Positions 50,689 through 60,652 of a DNA stretch of 63,886 bases are shown in pieces. The notes under the pieces were generated by a model, which worked only from the letters and a program-made list of their open reading frames with translations, was not told where the DNA came from and made no database searches. Both the position numbers and the translations under genes were made by a program. The stretch covers positions 1,250,164 through 1,314,049 of the forward strand of contig NW_026943824.1 in assembly GCF_035594765.1 (NCBI RefSeq). Direction: 5' to 3'. Each line of letters begins with the position of its first letter. The stretch's first letter is position 1. The DNA is from Anolis carolinensis (taxonomy: Eukaryota).

Positions 50689-52097
50689 CAAGATCTGTTG
50701 GAAACTCAGCAAATGGGGTTTATATATCTTATCTCTTGAATAATGTCCAGGGTGGGAGAAAGAAAAAACTCTTGCCTGTTGGAGGTAGGTGTGAAGGTTG
50801 CAATTGGCCAGATTGATTAGCACTGAATAGCCTTGCAGATTTAAAGCCTGGCTACTCCTTTCCTGAGGGAAATTCCAGAGGGAATCCTTTGTTGGAAGGT
50901 GATTTGCTGGCCAAGATTGCTTCTGTCTGGAATTCCTCTCAATTCCCATAGATGCAGGTGAAACGTCAGGAGAGAATGCTTCTGGAGCATGTCCATACAG
51001 CCTGGAAAACTCACAGCAACCCAGTGATTCCAGCCATGAAAGCCTTCGACATTTGGATATGGAATGAAGAAGGCGGGCCAGGAAGACATCTTTCCACCAT
51101 GTCTCCTGTATCAATTTAATGATATAATAATATATAATAATATTATAATATAGTGTATATACATGTAATATTAATAATAATATTATGATGTAATACAATG
51201 TAATAATAATTGTAATTCACTATTATGATTGTATATTTATATTACATGCAATATTATTAATATAGTCGTATTGAATGTATATATACTTGTAAACCGCCCA
51301 GAGTCCCCTTCGGGGTGAGAAGGTCAAGATATAAATGTCGCTAATAATAATAATAATAATAATAATAATATGGTTTGAGGGTGGATCAAAGCTAATCAAG
51401 GGGATCAATGGCAACAACCTTTGCCATAGATGCAGGCGAAATGCCAGGAGAGAGTGCTTCTGGAGCATGTCCAGACAGCCTGGAAAAACTCACAGCAACC
51501 CAGTGATTCAGCCTTCGACATTTGGATATGGTTTGAAGGTGGATCAATGCTAATCAAGGGGATCCATGGCAACAACCTTTGGCAAGCTTGATTAGCATTG
51601 AATAGCCTTGCAGATTTAAAGCCTGGCTACTTCTTTCCTGAGGGAAATTCCTGAGGAAATCCTTTGTTGGAAGGTGATTAGCTGGCCCTGATTGCTTCCT
51701 GCCTGGAATTGCTCTCAATTCCCATAGATGCAGGCGAGATGTCAGGAGAGAGTGCTTCTGGAGCATGTCCAGACAGCCTGGAAAACTCACAGCAACCCAG
51801 TGATTCAGCCTTCGACATTTGGATATGGTTTGAAGGTGGATCAATGCTAATCAAGGGGATCCATGGCAACAACCTTTGGCAAGCTTGATTAGCATTGAAT
51901 AGCCTTGCAGATTTAAAGCCTGGCTACTTCTTTCCTGAGGGAAATTCCTGAGGAAATCCTTTGTTGGAAGGTGATTAGCTGGCCCTGATTGCTTCCTGCC
52001 TGGAATTGCTCTCAATTCCCATAGATGCAGGCGAGATGTCAGGAGAGAGTGCTTCTGGAGCATGGCCAGACAGCCCGGAAAAACTCACGGCAGCCCA
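50640..52097. mobile_element. Cluster of Penelope-like terminal fragments (inverted and tandem, 297-bp unit x ~2.3 at 51424-52097)
   Basis: Repeated GATGCAGGCGAAACGTCAGGAGAGAATGCTTCTGGA...AACTCACAGCAACCCAG motif; family assignment from recall; other pieces at ~334-420, 53358-53415, 59148-59212, 61398-61580. Confidence 0.65.
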
Positions 52098-52104
52098 TGT
52101 GCTT

Positions 52105-52307
52105 GGCCAGTCGCGTCACGTGGCGCTGCCCAGCCAATCCCTTTGGGAAGAGAGAAGGGGGCGGGGCCTGCTTATCCTGAGTGTGTGTGTGTCTGTCACG
52201 TGGAGGGAAGGGCTTCAGACCGGAAGTGGCTGTGGGCCGGAAGCCGGAAGAAGGAGAGGGAGAAGAAGAGCAGAAGGGGGCGGGTTGTCGGCGGAGAGAG
52301 GACGGAG
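52105..52307 (+). promoter_or_regulatory. RNF216: RNF216 promoter and non-coding exon 1
   Basis: CACGTG at 52117-52122 and ~52197, CCAAT 52134-52138, GC boxes, ETS/GABP CCGGAAGT 52220-52227 plus two CCGGAAG; donor GAG|GTGAGT at 52307. Confidence 0.75.
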
Positions 52308-52784
52308 GTGAGTGAGTGGCCCAAGGCCTGAGGCCTTTCCTCCCCAAAGCCCGCTTATTCCCTTGGAATCATGCCCTTGGAAGGGACCCCCAGAGGGCAG
52401 CTAGCCCCGCCCCCGCCTGCCATTCAGGGACAGCACCACACAAGCCCCCCCGACAGAGGGTCAGACAGCCAGGCTCTGGTTCAAAGCCTTCAGCAAGGCC
52501 GCCTTTTGACAAAGTTCCCAAACGGACTGGAAGATGAGACTATTTATTTATTTACTACATTTATATCCCGTTCTTCTCACCCCGAAAGGGACCCAGGGCG
52601 GCTTACAAATCAAATGTACAGACAATATATTGTTAGCATACCACAATATAAGCATTACATTCCTATATTGTACTGTATCATTATTTGGTAATATTATTAG
52701 TAATATTACATTTAATATATAATATATAATTCGTATTATATTATTACTATAATATTGTATTACATTATAATATTATCAATATTG

Positions 52785-53026
52785 CTAGCTTTGCCCGGCC
52801 ACGCGTCGCTGTGGCTTATGGGAATCCTTTGTTGGCCAGGTGGAATAGCAGTGAATAGCCTTGCAGTCTCAAAGCCTGGCCATTTTCTGGAGTAGCTGGA
52901 GCTTTTTGTTGTATGAATGTAGAGACATGGATGAGGGGTTGTGCTGGCGAGTTTAGTGTTTCTGGGATGTCTAGTTTTGTTGTTTTGTCCTAGACCGAAA
53001 TTTCATTACCCTTTTATATATATAGA
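52785..53026 (-). mobile_element. Short Helitron-type element, same termini but different interior
   Basis: CTAGCTTTGCCCGGCCACGCG ... CTTTTATATATATAGA. Confidence 0.65.
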
Positions 53027-53027
53027 T

Positions 53028-53354
53028 AGGTAAAGGTTTTCCCCTGATGTTATGTCCAGTCGTGTCCAACTCCGGGGTTGGTGCTCATCTCCATTTCTAA
53101 GCCAAAGAGCCGGCGTTGTCCGTAGACACCTCCAAGGTCATGTGGCCACTGGCATGACTGCATGGAGCGCCATTATCTTCCCGCCGGAGCGGTACCTATT
53201 GATCTACTCACATTTGCATGTTTTCAAACTGCTAGGTTGGCAGGAGCTGGAGCTAATAGCAGGTGCTCATTCCGCTCCCGGGATTTGAACCTGCGACCTT
53301 TCGGTCTGCAAGTTCAGCAGCTCAGAGCTTTAACGCACTTCACCACCGGAGCTC
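53028..53354 (-). mobile_element. Full-length Sauria SINE
   Basis: Minus strand GAGCTCCGGTGGTGAAGTGCG...ACATGCAAATGTGAGTAGATCAATAGGTACCGCTCCGGCGGGAAG...CAGGGGAAAACCTTTACCT. Confidence 0.9.
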
Positions 53355-53864
53355 ATTCCCATAGATGTAGGCGAAACGTCAGGAGAGAATGCTTCTGGAG
53401 CATGTCCATACAGCCTAGAGGCAGGGTATAAAAATAAACTTATTATTATTATTACCTTGTGGGGCCAGGAGTCTGGCAAGCCTTGTCCTGTACAAGTTTC
53501 TTGCCCGGCAGGTCTGTAAACTTTCAGTTTCATTTCCCAAGAAGGATGCTTAATTGGCTTAGTCAGATCTTTTGTATTTCTTGGTGCTCTGTCTCGCTAC
53601 TAAGGCAATTCCTGCTATGGCTGGGATTGGACAGAAGCTTTGGCTTGGTTGACAAAGCCCTGGCTTTCATCTTTGGGATTTGCTCCAGTAACTCAGCACA
53701 TTCCTTTTCAGCCATGTGGGCCTTCTCTGAATTATGGTAAGCTATTGGGTCACGCTGCTGCTTAGGAAAGGAGAGAGTTGCCAATGTTGTCTCCAATGCA
53801 TCACAAAATCACAAGTCGAACACTTCCTAAGCGTTTAGGACTGTGTGATGTATTATTATTATTA

Positions 53865-54348
53865 CAGTAGACTCTCACTTATCCAACGTTCTGGATTATC
53901 CAACGTATTTTTGTAGTCAATGTTTTCAATACAGCGTGATATTTTGGTGCTAAATTTGTAAATACAGTAATTACTACATAGCATTACTGTGTATTGAACT
54001 ACTTTTTCTATCATATTTGTTCTATAACGTGATGTTTTGGTTCTTCATTTGTAATATCATAACCTAATTTGATGTTTAATAGGCTTTTCCTTAATAATAA
54101 TAATATAATAATAATAACTTTATTTTTATACCCCGCCTCTATCTCCCTAAAGGGGACTCAGGGCGGCTTACATGGGGCCAAGCCCGAATAAAAACAATAG
54201 CAATATAAAACACAACAATAGACAAAAAACATGCACAATTATAAAAATTTAAACATTAGCCAGTAAAAACAAATGCCTCCTTATTATCCAAGATATTCGC
54301 TTATCCAACGTTCTGCCGGCCGGTTTATGTTGGATAAGTGAGACTCTA
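53865..54348. mobile_element. Tc1/pogo-type MITE interrupted by an L2-tail insertion (~54093-54275)
   Basis: TA|CAGTAGACTCTCACTTATCCAA ... TTGGATAAGTGAGACTCTA. Confidence 0.75.
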
Positions 54349-54679
54349 TTATCATTATTATTATTATTAACAACATTCAGGCTGGGTGGCCATCTGTCAG
54401 GGTGCTTTGTTTGTGCTTTTGGTGCACAAAGGCAAAAGGGGGTTGAACTAAATGGCCCAAGGGGTCTCTTCCAACCCCCTTTATTATTTTTATGATGATG
54501 ACGACGACGATGATGATGATTATTAGTAACATTAAGGCTGTATTCGTTCCCATTTTGCTTTTTTACTTCAAAATAAGATATGTGCAATGTGCATAGGAAT
54601 TTGTTCATAGTTTTTTTTAAAAATTACAGTCCAGCCTCCAACGGTCTGAGGGACCATGAAAAAGTTTTTAAAAAGATCT

Positions 54680-55135
54680 ATCAATTTGGTAATAATGTTG
54701 TGATGGTGGATGGGAATGCAGTCATATGTGTACAAAGTGTAAAGCAGAGGATTTAACACACAGCTATGTGGCATCCCAGTCTTGAGAGAGAGACCTGCCG
54801 AGGTATAAACAACCTAATCTAATCCTCTGGGAACGTCCAGACAAGAAGTCCATAATCCAGGGACAGACTGAATATGACAATCCAAGGTCCTCTAGTTTAG
54901 ATGCCAGTCTGTGTGGGAGGATTGTGATAAATGTGGAACTAACGTCTGCAAAAAGCATCTTCATATAGTCCCCCCATTGCTTCAGGAGGGTCAGAGCAAT
55001 GTGGAGCATGATAACCAAGGCCTCCTCTGTTGATATGTTGACTCTATATGCAAAGTGATGTTTATCCAGTGCATGTGGAAGGCAAGAAATGATATGCCCG
55101 CAGACCAGTTTTTCAAGGCACTTCATGAGGTCTGC
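54680..55135 (-). mobile_element. Rex1/Babar non-LTR retrotransposon RT fragment (frameshifted)
   Basis: MKCLEKLV...LDKHHFAYRVNISTEEA...MLFADVSSTFITILPHRL...WIMDFLSGRSQRIRLG, then PHSCVLNPLLYTLYTYDC in another frame. Confidence 0.75.
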
Positions 55136-55259
55136 AGTCCTGAAAATTACCTTGATATGTGACCATGCCAATCTCTTGTTCTTTCCAGGAGCTCTTGAAA
55201 GAGTGAGTGCCATGGTCTGGTGTTGGCTCTTGAGTGCATAGGGTTGTTTTTTTTTTAAC

Positions 55260-55326
55260 ATGGAAGAAGGAGGTGGAAAAGAAGAAGTCATTGACCTGAA
55301 TAGTTTCCGGAGCCACCGAGGGAAAG
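55260..55326 (+). CDS. RNF216: RNF216 exon 2 coding part (exon probably starts 55189)
   Basis: [22 protein letters not shown]|gtaaat; acceptor ctttccag at 55188. Confidence 0.88.
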
Positions 55327-56619
55327 GTAAATTGTGTTCTTTTCCTTTCAAGTGGGTTGCATGTGGATTGTAAAAACATTGCTTATATTTTACACAGTGG
55401 TTGCAACCCAACATCCCCTCGGCTTCCAACATTTTCGTCTCTGTAATTACAGAGGTAGGAGTCACTGTTGAAAACACATGGAGCATTATAGTTTCCTTAT
55501 CCACTGCATCTAAGGGTGCGTCTGCACTGTCAAACAGATGCTGTTTTAACTGCTATTGAATCGTGGAAGCTGTAGTTTTATGAGGTCTTTAGCCTCCTTT
55601 GCCAAAGAGTGCTGGTGCCTCGCCAAGCAAAATACCCGGGATTTATTTATTTATTTACAGTATTTATATTCCGCCCTTCTCACCCCGAAGGGGCGGATTA
55701 CAATGAACAGATATATAGCAAACATTCAATGCCAACAGACAAACAACATATATAGACAGACACAGAGGCATTTAACATTTTTTTCCAGCTTCACGATTCC
55801 GGCCACAGGGGGAGCTGTTGCTTCACTGTCCAGTAGTGGCTGTACTTCCTCATTCCATTCCTCGTGTTTTGCTGGCAGTTTTATGATGTTGTAAATTAGT
55901 TAAATTAGCCTCCCGCATAAAGCGTACCTAAATTTCCCTAATTGACAGATGCAACTGTCTTTCGGGGCTGCATAGGTCAACAGCAAGCCGGGCTATTTAA
56001 TGGTCGGGGGCTTAACCTGACCCGGGCTTCGAACTCATGACCTCTCGGTCAGTAGTGATTTATTGCAGCTGGTTACTACCACAGCCCGGCCCTATGGGAT
56101 TCCATAGCATTGAGCGATGGCAGTTAAAGTGGAGTCAAACTGCATTAATCCTACAGTGTAGATGCACGCTAGATCAGACTAGCTCTTTTGGAGAGAAAAT
56201 GTACTGTTTCTGCAATGGTCTTGCTGCAATTTGGGGCAGTACCACTTTTTCAGCACTCAGGATTTATGTGTGCTTTGGATCTGATGAATGTTGGATGGCA
56301 CATGGTGCCCTTGCATTTCTTTCCCGCCTTATTGCAGTGCAAACTTTGGAAGCATATTTCAACGTGGAGTCACGGGGAGTAAATAAATATTTATGAGCTG
56401 CTGCAAACCTTCAGCCGGTAGATAAGTGTCCCCTCCTTCCTTCAGATAGGATAAACCACAGAGACGAGGGGCTTATCACCATTTCGGACTCTTCGGATGA
56501 AGACTTGCCTGTGATGCTGGACGTTCCTGTTCACCGACAGTGGGAGGACGAGGAGGATGATGACGTCGTCATCTTGATGGAGGTAAATCCGGTCCCAATC
56601 ACATTAATATGCACTGGAA

Positions 56620-56651
<32 letters not shown>

Positions 56652-58067
56652 GTTTCCAGTGGACAACAATAATCTGATGCATAGTTTGAATGGTCTGTGT
56701 TTTTTCTTATTCACCCAGGAAACTTTACATGTTTCTGATTTTAAACCCAAACTAGATATTTTTCTCTGATGCGTTAACATAGCAATGGAAGATTGGATGT
56801 GATGTGTTTCAAGTGTATGTGAAAATTCTATTACAAGTGTTTGCAGTTTAGCTTCCCTCAGTTATCTTGGAGGCTTACCCTGCCATTATAATGTAGACTA
56901 TAATAATACACCAGGTGAACATAGAGAAATCCTGTCTCTTTTCCTATTCTGAAATCATTTCCAAATATCTGCCTAAGAAAGGTTTGCAGAGTTGAACGAG
57001 GCAGGATGTTTGTTAAGCAACCGTTGTCTGTGTTTATGTGCCTATAAGTATTGTTTATCTATCGTTTTGTGTGATTTTTTTATTGTCAGATATTTTAGCT
57101 GGAACTTTTTTTTTTTTTAAAAAAAAGCTTGGCCAACTGTGAGGATAGATGGGAAATGTGATTGTCTATTACTGGGATGATCTCAGGTTCTGTGTTCATC
57201 TCATTGCTCTTTATGTCTTGTTTTTTTTAAAAGACGGCTTCAAAGAAGCTTCTGCGCCCCAACGTGATCCGGCCGGCTGCTCCCTGGCAGAGTGCAAACA
57301 AGTTGGGAGAAGGTGGATCCAAAAGCGACATGACGGCAGGATCCCACGACAAGCAAAAGATGAGGAGCCCTCCTTCTCCCCGGCGGCACGGACCCCGCCG
57401 GAACTGCGTGAAGCCAAGCAGCGTGACGTTGGGCAGGCAAGAAAGCCAGGACGAGGTCTTGGAGCTGCTGGAGCCTCCGGAGCCCGCGGGGCCACGGGTA
57501 GCAGAGCCCGGTCCCAGCGTGGCTCGGACGCGGGAGGCAACGAGGCCCGGCGACAAAAAGGAGATCATTAACGTGGAAGAAGTGGTCTTGATCGCGGATC
57601 AGGAGGGGCCGGACCAGCAAGAGCCGCAGCCGAGGCTCGTCCCAAACCTTGGGGGTGCCGCTCGTTGCATCCAGGAGAACACGAGACTCGACCATCCTTA
57701 CTTCCAGCCGGCCGAGAAGGAGGCACATGCCGTGGTCAACCTCCTTTCTCCTCGGCACGTGCCGTTGGAACTTGAGCTGGGAGGGCCCTTGCCGAGGGTC
57801 TACCAAGAGGAGATCCCCGGGCCTGCCTTCCCCAGGCCGGAACCGCAGCAAGACGGGATCCCGGGCCGCACGTCCCCTCAGCTGGCCCACCCGCCCGAGG
57901 AAAAGGAAGGGCAGCCGGCAGCAATAAACGAACAGGCGGGCCCGGCTTTTCCCGTCCAGGGGTCGCTGGATTCCGGCACCAGCGAAATCCCAAAGCAAAG
58001 CGCTGCCGTTCAGCTGGACAAAGACCTCAAGGCTCTTCTTGTCAGAGAAACGGTAATAATAATAATC

Positions 58068-58128
<61 letters not shown>

Positions 58129-58614
58129 TTACGATCTGTCAACTGCAAAAGGCCACCCGACTGGGATCTGCACGCATCATCCGAAAATACATCACACAGT
58201 CCTAGACACTTGGGAAGTGATACGAAATCCTGCATATCTATCTTGTTTGCTGTGACATAATAAAATAATAATAACAATCTTGAGAAATGGTAATAATAAT
58301 AATAATCTTAATAATAATAATCTTGAGATGCTATCAGGACCTCAAGATTGAACTGCGAAGACTCTGGCAGAAACCAGTACAGGTGGTCCCGGTGGTGATG
58401 GGCACACTGGGTGCCGTGGCAAAAGATCTCAGCCGGCATTTGGAAACAATAGACATTGACAAAATTACAATCTTTCAACTGCAAAAGGCCACCCGACTGG
58501 GATCTGCGCGCATCATCCGAAAATACATCACACAGTCCTAAACGCTAGGAAGTGTTCGACTTGTGATTTTGTGATACGAAATCCAGCATATCTATCTTGT
58601 TTGCTGTGTCATAC

Positions 58615-58672
<58 letters not shown>

Positions 58673-58813
58673 CCAGCTGCAGAAGGCCACCCTACTGGGA
58701 TCTGCATGTATCATCCGAAAATACATCACACAGTCCTAGACACTTGGGAAGTGTTCAACTTGTGATTTTGTGATACGAAATCCAGCATATCTATCTTGCT
58801 TGTTGTGTCATAC

Positions 58814-58850
<37 letters not shown>

Positions 58851-60606
58851 TCTTTATATACTGCCCTTATTTCCTCAGGGGACTCAGGGCGGTTTCCAAC
58901 ATGATAAAAACAATACAATATACATAATAAACAGAACCATACAACAATTTAAAATAATACAATGGTAAACATAAATACACATAAGTGGGTTGCTTTGCTG
59001 GGATTGTTCCCAATGGGCTTAAATGGGTGGCAGTGTGGTGGGTTTACTTGTTAATTACTAACTGTTAATTACTATATGTGGATATAAATGTAACAGCTAC
59101 AACTTCATACCCTCTGAGCTTATAGATCAGGCATGGGCAAACTTGTTATTTGCAGCTTCAAGGCCTGGCTTCTTCCTGCCTGGGGAATCCTTTGTTTGGA
59201 GGTGTTAGCTTGTCAGTCAGCATGGCATTTGTCTTCCTTCCTAGGAAGCGAGGTTTCCGGATGCAACGAAAGAGTACATTGAGGAGCTCATACAGAACAA
59301 AAACTGCTGTGACTTAAACATGTAAGTATGGATTTCAAGAAAAGGCAGGCTGTAACACAGTGTGTTTGTATATGCCATTGCCATTAGGGATGGAAGAGGG
59401 ATTGCTGCATTTAAGCCATTTTTTTTTAAATTGGTGTAATCAAATGAATGTCATTAATGTCATGCAGAGGCAAGGATGAAGTTCAGTGCATTTCTCGCCG
59501 AATGGATTTAATCAGTCAAATGCAATGATTAATTATGGGAGTGAACAAAATGTAGTGAGAGGGACCAATAAGAATAAACAAGACAAGGGAGCGCTCAAAG
59601 ATTAAGAATGTCATGGTGTTTCTCTTCGGCTCTGAAGTCCAGGGAGATGGTTGCATGGATTTGTAATGGAGTTGTTGTCTGACTCCTCCTTGCCTCCTGT
59701 TCCACCTGTTTCTCATAATTCTCTTTCCATATCTTCCTGCCAAGGCTCTTTCCAAATAACCTTCTCTCTTTCCTTTTGCAGACTTTGTAATTTTCTGTTG
59801 GAAAACCCAGATTATCCAAAGAAGGAAGGTAGAGTGATGTTGAATCCAAATAGCAGCCTGCTCTCCAGCCAAGACGAGACAAAGGCGAGTCAGAAACGTT
59901 AATTTATGCACCCTCCTTCAAGTCCATTATTTATTTATTTGTGCCAGAAGCGAATGGAGAATGCAGTTATAATATATAAAAGATACCACAAACAAAGTTA
60001 AAAACTTGGCATTAGACTAAATGTCCTTTGACCAGAAGCTGGTCACTTGGAGTGCCTCTGGTGTCTCTGTGAGCCATGGGTTGAGATTCTGGGTTTTAGC
60101 CTGCCACGTTTGGACTCTTGCTTGCTGAGGTGTTCCTGAGAAGTATCTCTGTAGATCTTAGAAAGCTGTTTCTTGATTTAAGGTGTTGGTTTGCTGGCTG
60201 ATATCTGAACAGAGGTCCATTCATTACATGCTGCTCCTTCGTGACAGATGTCAGGTGGTGCAATACCGGCACTTTTTACTTTTGTCAACTTGATATAGAC
60301 ACAGGGTCTACTCCCATCCCAATTTGCACTTCCAAGAATTTGCAGCACTTTATTAGTCACCTTGTGTTTACAATATTTATATGGTGCACCTTATCCAGTC
60401 TACTTTTACAACCTCTCCGTTTTAATCCATGTTTTTATTCGTTTTTGTCATTTGTTTTTATTAGGCAATGTTTACATTTTTATAATTGTGCATGTCTCTT
60501 GTCTATTGTTGTGTTTTATATTGCTATTGTTTTTATTCGGGCTTGGCCCCATGTAAGCCGCCCTGAGTCCCCTTTGGGGAGATAAAGGCGGGGTATAAAA
60601 ATTAAG

Positions 60607-60652
<46 letters not shown>

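Noticed and set aside
54764-55504. 246-aa minus-strand ORF as a host gene
   Set aside because: Chimera of the antisense of RNF216 exon 2 and a degenerate Rex1/Babar RT fragment
57149-57998. Antisense and alternate-frame ORFs over RNF216 exon 4 (also over the GPCR and MYH16 exons)
   Set aside because: Shadow ORFs of GC-rich coding sequence with no recognisable homology
58053-58205. Poly-Ile C-terminus of the 313-aa ORF as real RNF216 sequence
   Set aside because: Lies after the exon 4 donor; it is (TAA)n plus R4/Dong sequence
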